The notes under the pieces: generated by a model
The model's database searches: none
What the model was told of the DNA's origin: nothing
The model's input: only the letters and a program-made list of their open reading frames with translations
Shown here: one piece after another, positions 9,443 through 18,308 of the stretch
How positions within the stretch are numbered: position 1 is the first letter of the stretch
How the letters are laid out: each line of letters opens with the position of its first letter
Assembly (NCBI RefSeq): GCF_021246445.1
Contig: NZ_JAJQXW010000001.1
Span: 1,816,168 to 1,880,167, forward strand
Direction: 5' to 3'
DNA length: 64,000 nt
DNA from: Rhabdothermincola salaria
GTDB taxonomy: Bacteria > Actinomycetota > Acidimicrobiia > Acidimicrobiales > Acidimicrobilacustridaceae
Program-made: the position numbers and the translations under genes

Positions 9443-11595
9443 GAGACCCTCACCGAGCGGCAGGCCAGGAGCACGTTGTCGCCCCGGCCGCGGTTGATCA
9501 GGTACACGCAGACCGTCCGGGACCCGCGAGACGCCCCGACCGTGACGTCGAAGCCGTGTGACGGCCCGTACAGGGGATGGGCGGCGCCGACGTCGCTGCG
9601 GTTCTTCGATGCCGTGGCGACTCCCGCGCCGACACCGTCGACGTACACGTGCACGTCGATCGGTCCCGCGGTGTCGGGGTCGATGGCCCAGCCCTGCAGC
9701 CGGATGGTGCCGGACCCCCCTCTTGCCACGTCGAGAGACCCGAACGGCGAGCCGCCCACCAACACCGATCGACATCCGATCAGGCTGTTCGAACCGGGGC
9801 CGAGGTTGATGCCGTAGGCGCACACCGTCCGGAGCCCGGAGGAGGCCGGCAGCTCGGCCGAGAAGCCCCGCGCCGACCCGTACCCCGGGTAGGCCGCAGC
9901 CACGTCGGAGCGCCGGCGATCGGCCCGCAGGACGTGGCCGACGCCGTCGACGTACACGTGCACGTCGACGGGGTCGGAGCTGTCGGGGTCGAGGAGCCAA
10001 CCGGCGACGGCGATCTTGCCCGGTCCGGCGCGCACGACGTCGAGGGCACCGAAGGGTGCCCCGGAGAGCACGTTGACGGGCCGCACGGCGATCAAGGCGT
10101 TGGGGCCGGGGCGATCGTTGATGGCGTAGGCGACCAGCTCGTGGCTGCCCGGTGGGGCCGGCACCACGACATCGAAACCGTGGTTGGTGGAAGGGCTGGT
10201 CGAGCTCAGCGCGGGTCGGGGATCGTCGGCGAGCACCGCCAGGCCCTTGCCGGCCACGTAGAGGTGGACCTGGATGGGATCGGTGGTGTCGGGATCGCGC
10301 GCCCAGCCCCGCACCCGCAACCCACCCGGAGCCGGATCGACGCGCTCGACCGTCCCGATCGGGGTTCCCACTTCGATCGTCCGCGACCCGAGCAGCACGT
10401 TGCCCGACCCGCCCCCGACGTTGATGGCGTAGACGTCGACCCGGTGACGCCCCTGCGGGACGTCGATCGTGACCCGGAAGCCGTGGTCGGCGCCCATGCC
10501 GAAGGCGACGTCGAGGTCCGCACGGCGCCGGTCGGCGCGCACCGCCACGCCCTTGCCGGCCACGTACACGTGCACGTCGATGGGGTTCGTGGTGTCGGGA
10601 TCGATCGCCCACCCCTCGACGGTGACCTTGCCCGTTCCGACGGTCACGTTGTCGATGACCCCGAAGGGGTTGCGGCTCACGACGGTGCGGCAACCGATGA
10701 TGCCGTCGGAACCCGGGCCGATGTTGACCGCGACGGCGCAGACCTGGCGCTGGCCGCCCTGGGAGCCGGGCAGGACGACATCGAACCCGTGGTTGGGGCC
10801 CATGCCCGGGTGGGCGGCGGCGATGTCGGACCGAGGGCGGTCGGCGCGCACCACGGCGACGACCTCGCTGTTCATGATGAGCCGGACGTCGACGGAGGCG
10901 TTGGTGTCCCAGTCGATGGCCCACCCCTTGACGCGGATGCCCCCCGAGACCTCGGTGGCGGAGTCGATCTGGCCGGTCACCCCGTGCAGGCAGGAGCGGT
11001 CGTGGGTGGCGGTGGCGTTGTCGACGCGGATGGTGCCGGTGCAGGTGCCGTCGATCTCCCACGGCGCGATGCACGTGACGAGCCGGCAGATGATCGGACC
11101 CACGCACGCCACACCCTGGTTGCACTGGCCGTAGCGGAAGTTGGTGCAGCCGGCCTTGCGGTTGTTGCAGTCGCCGTTGGCGCACCCGCACCCGGTGCCC
11201 GAGCAGGAACCGCTGCACACGCCGCTGCCGCCGCACCCGCAGCCGTTGCAGGGCGCGTTGCAGTCCATGTAGTAGCGGGGGCCGCTGCAGAACCCGGTGC
11301 CGTCGACCTTCCACCAACCGGCGAGCAGCGAACCCGGAGGGCACTGGTTGCGACCGGTGAGGGTGCAGCAGAACTCGGTGTAGCCGTCGCAGCACAACGA
11401 GCCGCACGCGCAGGCCTGCCCCTGGCACGAGCACACCGCGGCGTAGGCGTCGGTGGGGGTGAGGGCATAGGAGACGGGATTGGCGGCGATGGCCGAGCCG
11501 ACCACCGCGCTGCGGGCGAAGAAGCCGCGGCGGCCCATTCGGGCGGAGAGGGCGCCGGCGACCTTGTCGACCAGCGTCGTGGTGGCACGGCTCAT
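9439..11595 (-). CDS. Tat-exported Cys-rich MauA-like domain fused to five ~100-aa beta-rich surface repeats
   Basis: GRRGFF Tat motif and AYA cleavage site; 26 Cys in ~150 aa including CCDG, CPPG..GWW, YYMDC; 5x GWxxDxD..HVYV..RxD..HGF repeats. Confidence 0.8.
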   Translation of the reverse strand: MSRATTTLVDKVAGALSARMGRRGFFARSAVVGSAIAANPVSYALTPTDAYAAVCSCQGQACACGSLCCDGYTEFCCTLTGRNQCPPGSLLAGWWKVDGTGFCSGPRYYMDCNAPCNGCGCGGSGVCSGSCSGTGCGCANGDCNNRKAGCTNFRYGQCNQGVACVGPIICRLVTCIAPWEIDGTCTGTIRVDNATATHDRSCLHGVTGQIDSATEVSGGIRVKGWAIDWDTNASVDVRLIMNSEVVAVVRADRPRSDIAAAHPGMGPNHGFDVVLPGSQGGQRQVCAVAVNIGPGSDGIIGCRTVVSRNPFGVIDNVTVGTGKVTVEGWAIDPDTTNPIDVHVYVAGKGVAVRADRRRADLDVAFGMGADHGFRVTIDVPQGRHRVDVYAINVGGGSGNVLLGSRTIEVGTPIGTVERVDPAPGGLRVRGWARDPDTTDPIQVHLYVAGKGLAVLADDPRPALSSTSPSTNHGFDVVVPAPPGSHELVAYAINDRPGPNALIAVRPVNVLSGAPFGALDVVRAGPGKIAVAGWLLDPDSSDPVDVHVYVDGVGHVLRADRRRSDVAAAYPGYGSARGFSAELPASSGLRTVCAYGINLGPGSNSLIGCRSVLVGGSPFGSLDVARGGSGTIRLQGWAIDPDTAGPIDVHVYVDGVGAGVATASKNRSDVGAAHPLYGPSHGFDVTVGASRGSRTVCVYLINRGRGDNVLLACRSVRVS

Positions 11596-11605
11596 GACGG
11601 TCGGC

Positions 11606-12184
11606 TCATGTGAGGGGGGCCTCCACGGAGAAGGAGCGAACGGGTCGGCCGGTCCCGGCGGAGCCGGGGGTGCGGCGGGCGGCGACGAGCGCCTCGGGCA
11701 GGGCGGTGAGCAGGGCGACCCCGAGGCCCACGGCGACGAACGACACCGACAGGTAGGCGACGCCGGCGGCGGGCAGGTCGGGGCGCATCTCGATGAAGCC
11801 CGGCGCCCCGGTGACCGCGGCGGAGACGGCGACGAGGGCGGCCGCCCCGTCGACGACGGCGTGCACCAGGGTGGGCGGGGCCGACGAGGCCCCGAAGCAG
11901 CCACAGGAGACGGCCGCCTCGCCCGCGGCACGCAGGCGCAGCACCGAGCCGGTGAAGACCACGAACAGCACCGCGGTGGCGGCCGCCAGCCACGGGCCGC
12001 CGAACAGGTAGGTGGCGACCCCGATGGCCACCTCGGCGGCGCCGAGGAGCCGGGCCAGGGCGGGTCGGGCGGGCAGGCGCAGGGCCTCGAGCATGGGCAC
12101 GGTGGCGGCCGGGGCGCGCAGCTTGGCCATCCCTCCCACGGCGAGAACGCCGGCCACGACCCCCAAGAGGCCTCCGAGCACCAC
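11606..12184 (-). CDS. mauE: MauE/DoxX-family redox membrane protein
   Basis: GMAKL, AAE, CGCFG motif, several TM helices; TACCAT -10 8 nt before GTG 12184 (alternative start 12220). Confidence 0.88.
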   Translation of the reverse strand: MVLGGLLGVVAGVLAVGGMAKLRAPAATVPMLEALRLPARPALARLLGAAEVAIGVATYLFGGPWLAAATAVLFVVFTGSVLRLRAAGEAAVSCGCFGASSAPPTLVHAVVDGAAALVAVSAAVTGAPGFIEMRPDLPAAGVAYLSVSFVAVGLGVALLTALPEALVAARRTPGSAGTGRPVRSFSVEAPLT

Positions 12185-12233
12185 GTCGGCCGATGGTAGT
12201 GCCGGTCGCCCGCAGTTCACCCGAGGGGGCGGG

Positions 12234-12284
12234 CGGTCAGGGGGTGATGACGGTCAGGCGGTGATGACGGTCAGGGGGTGATGG
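12234..12284. repeat. 17-bp tandem repeat x3 (cggtcaggSggtgatgR) at the carboxyltransferase stop
   Basis: Copies at 12234-12250, 12251-12267 and 12268-12284. Confidence 0.9.
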
Positions 12285-13788
12285 CGGTGCGCTGGACGGG
12301 TTCGGGCGGGGCCTGGCGACGCGACAGGGCCCGCCGGAGGGCGTCGAGCAGCACGGTGCGGGTCTCGCGCGGGTCGATGAGCTCGTCGAAGCCGAGGTTG
12401 GCGGCCGACCGGTACGAGGCCTCCAGCTCGGCCTCACGCAGCAGCGTGGCCTCGTCGACGTCGGCACCGGTGGCCCGGCTCATGGCCGCGGCACCCATGG
12501 CCCCGAGGGTGGCCCCGGGATAGGCGAAGGTGGCCGACTGGCCGTCGAAGCCGACCAGGGACATCACCATGGAACCGAAGCCGTAGGCCTTGCGCAGGGT
12601 GAGGTGCAGCTTGGGGCTGGTGGCCTGGGTCTGCGCCGCGAACATGCGCGCTCCGCTGCGCAGCACCCCGGCCCGCTCGGAGGCCCGCCCCGGGAGCATG
12701 CCCGGGTTGTCGGCCAGGAAGACCAGCGGCAGGTGGAAGGAGTCGGCCACGGAGATGAAGTGGGCGGCCTTGTCGGCGGCGTCGGCGTCGACCGACCCGG
12801 CCAGCACGCTGGGCTGGTTGGCCACGATGGCCACCGGATCGCCGCCGAGGTGGGCGAGGGCGCAGATGATGGACGGGCCGAAGCCGGGCTGGACCTCGAA
12901 CCAGTGGCCGTCGTCGACGACCACGTCGAGCACGTCGGCCATGTCGTAGACCCGCCGGGTGTCGCGGGGCACGATGCCGAGCAGCTCGTCGGTGGGCCTC
13001 GGCCCCTGGTCGCCGCCACCGACGCGGGGCGGGTGGCTCCAGGCGCTCGACGGGAAGAACTCGAGGTAGTGGCGCAGCATGTCGAGCGCCGAGGCGTCGT
13101 CCGGCGTGACGTTGTGGATGAGGCCGCTGGCCACGGCCACCGACGGCCCGCCCAGGTCCTCCTTGGAGATCTCCTCGCCGAGCGACTCCTTCACCACCGG
13201 TGGCCCGGCGGTGAACACCGCGCCGTCGGCGGTCATGACGCTGAAGTCGCTCATGGGCACGATGAGGGCACCGTGACCGGCCGAGGGGCCCATGACCGCG
13301 CTGAGCACCGGCACCCGTCCCGAGCACTGGGCCTGGATGAGCAGGTCGGTGGGGGCCCGGCCCCCTCCCCCGCCACCGCGGTGCCCGGCACCCTCCAACA
13401 ACATGAGCAGCGGCATGCGGTCACGCAGCGCCAGCTCGGCGATGCGATAGCGCTTGGAGCTGCTGCCCGGCCCGATCGAGCCGGCGAGGGTGGTGAAGTC
13501 CTCGGCCCCGACCATGACCGGGCGGCCGTCGATGCGGCCGGCGCCGGCCACGATGCCGTCGGACGCGATGGACTCGCCCACCAGCGTGCCGATCTCGCGG
13601 AAGGTGCCGGGGTCGAGCAGGTGCTCGACGCGCTGGCGGGCGTCCATGAGGCCGCGGGCGTGGCGCTTGGCCAACCGCTCCTCGCCGCCCATGGCCCGCG
13701 ACGCGGCTCGGCGCTGCGACAGGTCGGCCAGGGTCGGCCCCCACCCACCGGGCAGGTCGGGGGCCCCGGTGGCGTCGTCGGGGCTCAT
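12271..13788 (-). CDS. Acyl-CoA carboxylase beta (carboxyltransferase) subunit
   Basis: AMGGEERL, GRIDGRPV, FTAGPPVVK, EDLGG, ADNPGMLPG, LRKAYGFG, IDPRETR. Confidence 0.92.
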   Translation of the reverse strand: MSPDDATGAPDLPGGWGPTLADLSQRRAASRAMGGEERLAKRHARGLMDARQRVEHLLDPGTFREIGTLVGESIASDGIVAGAGRIDGRPVMVGAEDFTTLAGSIGPGSSSKRYRIAELALRDRMPLLMLLEGAGHRGGGGGGRAPTDLLIQAQCSGRVPVLSAVMGPSAGHGALIVPMSDFSVMTADGAVFTAGPPVVKESLGEEISKEDLGGPSVAVASGLIHNVTPDDASALDMLRHYLEFFPSSAWSHPPRVGGGDQGPRPTDELLGIVPRDTRRVYDMADVLDVVVDDGHWFEVQPGFGPSIICALAHLGGDPVAIVANQPSVLAGSVDADAADKAAHFISVADSFHLPLVFLADNPGMLPGRASERAGVLRSGARMFAAQTQATSPKLHLTLRKAYGFGSMVMSLVGFDGQSATFAYPGATLGAMGAAAMSRATGADVDEATLLREAELEASYRSAANLGFDELIDPRETRTVLLDALRRALSRRQAPPEPVQRTAITP

Positions 13789-14672
13789 GCGTCGGCGGGG
13801 ACCGGGGTCTCGCCCTCGCCCGCGGCCTCGATCTCGGCTTCGACCTCTTCTTCGGCCTCCTCGGCGGCGGCGCTCACCGACTCCTGGCCGTCCGGGCGGG
13901 GCGGGCGCATGTCGGGGAAGGCCCGCAGGGTGTGCCCACCGTCGACGGTGAGGTGCTGGCCGGTGACCCAGCTCGACTCCGGCCCGGCCAGGTAGCGGAT
14001 GGCCTGGGCGATGTCGTCCGCCTCACCGCCGCGGGCGAGGGGTTGGTTGGCCAGGAAGGCCGCCATCATGTCGTCGTCGGCGAACAGACCGGTGGTGCTG
14101 GCGGTGCGGGTGAGCCCGGGACGCACCGAGTTCACCCGGATGCCCTCCTCGCCGAGCTCGTCGGCGGCCACCTCGACGAGCGCGTCGACGGCGGCCTTGC
14201 CGGTCTTGTACGAGGCCAGGCCCTTTGTGGAGAAGGCCGCGGCGGTGGACGACACGGCCACGATGGAGCCGCCGGGCGGCATCGCCGGCACGGCGTACTT
14301 GAGCAGGAGGAACACCGGGCGCACGTTGCGGTCGACCTCGGCACTGAACTGGTCGGGGTCGTAGTCGACGAGGCGGGAGGGGCTCCCTCCTCCGGGCACC
14401 GTCACCGCGATCTCGAGGCTGTCGCCGTCGGCCGCGAAGGCCACGGCATCGGCCACGTCCATGGGGCGCAGGGTGTCGCAGGGGCAGGGGTGCACCTCGA
14501 GGCCCTCGGCCGCCAGGACGCGCAGGGCGTCGACCAAGCGCTGCTCGTCGCGCCCGGCGATGGTGACCCGGCAGCCGTCGGCCGCCAGCAGGCGCGCCGT
14601 GGCCAGGCCGATACCGCTGCTGCCGCCGATCACCAGGGCGTGGGTGCCGTCGAGGGGTGCGTCGCTCGTCAT
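13785..14672 (-). CDS. SDR oxidoreductase
   Basis: GGSSGIG, YKTGK (YxxxK), IRVNSVRPG, TGQHLTVDGG. Confidence 0.92.
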   Translation of the reverse strand: MTSDAPLDGTHALVIGGSSGIGLATARLLAADGCRVTIAGRDEQRLVDALRVLAAEGLEVHPCPCDTLRPMDVADAVAFAADGDSLEIAVTVPGGGSPSRLVDYDPDQFSAEVDRNVRPVFLLLKYAVPAMPPGGSIVAVSSTAAAFSTKGLASYKTGKAAVDALVEVAADELGEEGIRVNSVRPGLTRTASTTGLFADDDMMAAFLANQPLARGGEADDIAQAIRYLAGPESSWVTGQHLTVDGGHTLRAFPDMRPPRPDGQESVSAAAEEAEEEVEAEIEAAGEGETPVPADA

Positions 14673-14760
14673 GGCGCGTGTCTAGCAGTCCCCTCTCGAG
14701 GGCTGCAGCGGCACCCGCTCTCCTCCTGGTGACGACACCGCTGCCGACCACTACGGTCGG

Positions 14761-14787
14761 CCGATCCCGGCAGGGGGCCGGGATCGG
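14761..14787. promoter_or_regulatory. Perfect 11-bp inverted repeat between divergent SDR and sulfotransferase genes
   Basis: ccgatcccggc-agggg-gccgggatcgg abutting the RBS of 14801. Confidence 0.45.
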
Positions 14788-14800
14788 GGGAGGGACGACG

Positions 14801-15970
14801 ATGCAGTTCGATGCCGACGGGTTCGAAGAGCGAGCCAGCGAGGCCGCCGGCGGTCTCACCGACTTCGGGCACCCCTCCTACCGGGAGGCCCTCGAGGTGT
14901 TCCTGGGTTCGGCGGGCGCCGATGGCGCCCTGAACGCCATCGGTGAGGCCTCGGTGGAGGCCATGGCGATCGGTTCGCTCACCAACCGTCTGCGGGTCAC
15001 CGACTGGCACGCCCGCCACCCCGAGGTGGGGGCGGCGTCGGTCGAATCGCCGATCTTCCTCATCGGGTTGCCCCGCACCGGCACCACCGCGCTCAGCCAC
15101 CTGTTGGGGGCCGACCCCGCGAACCGCTCGCTGCTGGCCTGGGAGGCCAACGAGTCGGTGCCTCCGCCGACCGCCCAGGGCTACCGGGAGGACCCCCGCT
15201 TCGTCGCCGCCATGGAGGCGCCGAACATGCTCGACCTCATCAACCCCGAGTTCAAGGCCATCCACTTCGACCCGCCCGACATGCCGGTCGAGTGCGCCAC
15301 CGTGCTGGGCCAGCACTTCACCAGCCTCCACCTGGCCACCGTGTACAACGTCGAGACGTACCGCCGGTGGCTGTTCGCGGCCGACCACACCGAGGCCTAC
15401 CGCTACCACCGCCAGGTGCTGCAGGTGCTCCAGTCGCAGTGCCCGGGCCAGTGGCAGCTCAAGTCGCCGGTGCACCTGGTGGACCCGTCCGCCCTCGCCG
15501 CCGTCTACCCCGACGCCCGGTTCGTGCTCACCCACCGCGACCCGGTGCGGGTGACGGCATCGGTGCTGAGCCTGGTGCGGTCGCTCACCGGCACCTTCAG
15601 CGACGCCGACCGCACCGCCTACATCGCCGAGGCCTGGACCGACGTGGTGGTCACGCTGCTCGAGCGCCAGAGCGCCTTCCGCGACGCCATGGAGGCCCGG
15701 GGCAAGGGGGGTAGCTTCGTCGACGTGGCCTACGCCGACCTGGTGGCCGACCCGATGGGCACGGTCACCACCGTCTACGAGCAGCTCGGCCAGCGCCTCT
15801 CGCCGGAGGCCAGCGACGCCATGCACCGCCACGCCGCCACCCACACCCAGGGGGCCCACGGCTCCCACCAGTACTCCCTCGACGACTTCGGCGTGTCACC
15901 CGACGCCCTGGCCGAACGCTTCGCCGACTACACGACTCGCTACGCCGCCCACCTGGAGGCACCCCGATGA
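14801..15970 (+). CDS. Sulfotransferase family protein
   Basis: GLPRTGTT (5'-PSB), WQLKSPVH, THRDP..SVLS (3'-PB); RBS ggaggg. Confidence 0.92.
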   Translation: MQFDADGFEERASEAAGGLTDFGHPSYREALEVFLGSAGADGALNAIGEASVEAMAIGSLTNRLRVTDWHARHPEVGAASVESPIFLIGLPRTGTTALSHLLGADPANRSLLAWEANESVPPPTAQGYREDPRFVAAMEAPNMLDLINPEFKAIHFDPPDMPVECATVLGQHFTSLHLATVYNVETYRRWLFAADHTEAYRYHRQVLQVLQSQCPGQWQLKSPVHLVDPSALAAVYPDARFVLTHRDPVRVTASVLSLVRSLTGTFSDADRTAYIAEAWTDVVVTLLERQSAFRDAMEARGKGGSFVDVAYADLVADPMGTVTTVYEQLGQRLSPEASDAMHRHAATHTQGAHGSHQYSLDDFGVSPDALAERFADYTTRYAAHLEAPR

Positions 15971-17406
15971 CCGATCTCGCCGAGCTCCTCGACACTCGCG
16001 ACGTCCTCGACCTGGCCTGGATGGTCGTCAACGGCGAGATCGCCCCTCGCGAGCTGGTGGAGGCCTCGATCGCCCGGATCGAGGAACGCAACCCGGCCCT
16101 GAACGCCGTGGTGGCCACCCGCTTCGAGCAGGCGCTCGCCGAGGTCGACGCCGGGCTTCCCGAGGGCCCCCTCAAGGGCGTGCCCTTCGTGGTCAAGGAC
16201 CTGGGCTGCGACGTGGCCGGCCTGCCCGCCACCCGCGGCAGCCGGCTCTTCGCCGACGTCGTCGCCGCCGAGGACAGCGAGCTCACCCGGCGCTACCGGA
16301 CCGCCGGGCTGGTGATCCTGGGCAACACCAACTCCCCCGAGTTCGGCAAGAACGCCAGCACCGAACCCCTGCTGCACGGACCCACCCGCAACCCGTGGCG
16401 CACCACCCACTCCACGGGCGGGTCCAGCGGGGGTACCGCGGCCGCCGTGGCGGGGGGCATGGTGCCGGCCGGGCACGGCAACGACGGCGGCGGATCCATC
16501 CGCATCCCGTCGTCGGCCTGCGGGTTGTTCGGGCTCAAGCCCACGCGGGCCCGCACGCCGTCGTGGCCGGCGCCGTCGTTCTTCTCGTATCCGCTCTCGG
16601 TCGGCCATGCCCTCACCCGATCCGTGCGCGACAGCGCCGCCATCCTCGACGCCACCGCCGGAGGGATGCCCGGCGACCCGTTCAACGCGCCCCCCACCCC
16701 GCGGGCAGGCACGTTCATGGCCGTGTTGGCCGAGCCTCCGCACCCGTTGCGCATCGGGTTCTCCACCTCCTCGGTGGCGGGCAACCCGGCCGACCCGGCC
16801 GTGGCCGCCGCCGTCGAGCGGATGGCGAAGGTGTGCGCCGAGCTCGGCCACGAGGTCACCGAGGCCCGCCCGGTCTACGACCCGGGCCAGGTCGTCGAGG
16901 CCGTCTCGGTGGTGATGGGCGCCATGTCGGCGGCTCAGGTCGAGGAGCGGCTGGCCGAGCTGGGCCGGGAGCTGGGCGACGACGACCTCGAGCCCTTCGT
17001 CCGCTTCATGCACGAGCGCAGCCTGCAGATGTCGGCGCAGGATCTCAACCGCGCCCTGCAGGGCATCGAGGTGGTGAGCCGGTCGGTGGCCGACTTCTTC
17101 GTCGACCACGACCTGTGGCTGTGCCCCACGCTGAACCCCCGGGTGCCCGAGTTGGGCTGGCTCGACACCACCAGCCCCGAGGCCATGTTCACCCGGGCGG
17201 GGGCGTACAGCGAGATGACCGCCCCCGCCAACGTCACCGGCATGCCGGCCATGTCGGTGCCCGCCGGCCACGACGACGACGGCCTGCCCATCGGCGCCCA
17301 GTTCGTGGCCACCCACAACCGCGAGGGCATCTTGTTGCAGGTGGCCTCCCAGATCGAAGAGGCCGCCCCGTGGCCCAAGATCGCCCCCTGGCCCCCGCCT
17401 GGCTGA
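15967..17406 (+). CDS. Amidase (amidase-signature family)
   Basis: GVPFVVKD, GGSSGG, GNDGGGSIRIPSS, GLKPTR; ATGA overlap with sulfotransferase. Confidence 0.95.
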   Translation: MTDLAELLDTRDVLDLAWMVVNGEIAPRELVEASIARIEERNPALNAVVATRFEQALAEVDAGLPEGPLKGVPFVVKDLGCDVAGLPATRGSRLFADVVAAEDSELTRRYRTAGLVILGNTNSPEFGKNASTEPLLHGPTRNPWRTTHSTGGSSGGTAAAVAGGMVPAGHGNDGGGSIRIPSSACGLFGLKPTRARTPSWPAPSFFSYPLSVGHALTRSVRDSAAILDATAGGMPGDPFNAPPTPRAGTFMAVLAEPPHPLRIGFSTSSVAGNPADPAVAAAVERMAKVCAELGHEVTEARPVYDPGQVVEAVSVVMGAMSAAQVEERLAELGRELGDDDLEPFVRFMHERSLQMSAQDLNRALQGIEVVSRSVADFFVDHDLWLCPTLNPRVPELGWLDTTSPEAMFTRAGAYSEMTAPANVTGMPAMSVPAGHDDDGLPIGAQFVATHNREGILLQVASQIEEAAPWPKIAPWPPPG

Positions 17407-17436
17407 CCCGGCGACCCGGTGACCCGGGAGCGGGTG

Positions 17437-18189
17437 TCAGTCGACGGCTGTCGTCCCGCCGTCGACGACGATGGAGGCGCCGGTGATGAACGACGCCGCG
17501 TCGGACAACAGGAACGCCACCGGGGCGCCGATCTCCTCCGGCTGGCCCACCCGGCCGAGCACCGACGAGTTGGAGAACTCCTCGCGCAGGCCCGGCACCT
17601 CGAGGGCGTCGGCCAGCATCGGCGTCTCGATGTAGCCGGGGCACACGGCGTTGACCCGCACCCCTTCGGGGCCGAGCTGGGCGGCCATGGACCGCACCGC
17701 ACCGAGGAGTCCGGCCTTGGAGGCGCAGTAGGCGGGGATGGCACCGTTGCCGATCCACCCCTCGATCGACGAGATGCCGACGACGGCCGCCCCCGACACC
17801 GAGCGCAGCTCGGGCAACAGGGCCTGGGTGAGCAGCGGGAAGGCCCGCAGGTTCACGTCGAGCACGGCGTCCCAGGCGTCGGCGTCGAGCTGGCCGAGGC
17901 CGTCGGCGCGCACCACACCGGCGGCGTGCACGAGACCGCCGATGGGCCCCACCACCTGACGGCTGGCGTCGATGGCGGCGTCGAAGGCGGCGGCGTCGGT
18001 GACGTCGATCTGGTGGCCGTGGGCGGCCACCCCGAACTCCTCGGCGATGGCCGCGGCTTCGGCGGCGGCCCGGTCACCGTCGAGGTCCCACAGGGCCACC
18101 CCTCGGCCCTGGGCGGCGACGGCGCGGGCGCTGGCCCGACCGATCCCCGACGCCCCACCGGTGATGACCACTGCGCCCATCGCGTGCAT
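17437..18189 (-). CDS. SDR oxidoreductase
   Basis: TGGASGIG, YCASK, VRVNAVCPG; start may be ATG 18180. Confidence 0.92.
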   Translation of the reverse strand: MHAMGAVVITGGASGIGRASARAVAAQGRGVALWDLDGDRAAAEAAAIAEEFGVAAHGHQIDVTDAAAFDAAIDASRQVVGPIGGLVHAAGVVRADGLGQLDADAWDAVLDVNLRAFPLLTQALLPELRSVSGAAVVGISSIEGWIGNGAIPAYCASKAGLLGAVRSMAAQLGPEGVRVNAVCPGYIETPMLADALEVPGLREEFSNSSVLGRVGQPEEIGAPVAFLLSDAASFITGASIVVDGGTTAVD

Positions 18190-18308
18190 CTGCTTCCCCC
18201 ATCGATCTCGTCGGGCCCGCCTGGTGCCGGCCCGGCGGCAGTCGAGCGCGGGCCCTGCGGATCTGTCAAGGTGCCCGACGGATCCGACGCCGACCCAGGG
18301 GGAGCTCG

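Noticed and set aside
7260..12184. Canonical methylamine dehydrogenase cluster or RiPP cluster
   Set aside because: No MauB, MauG or amicyanin in the window; no radical SAM, YcaO or lanthipeptide enzymes nearby
5201..12284. Short repeats as CRISPR arrays
   Set aside because: Units are contiguous, 16-17 bp, without spacers; no cas genes
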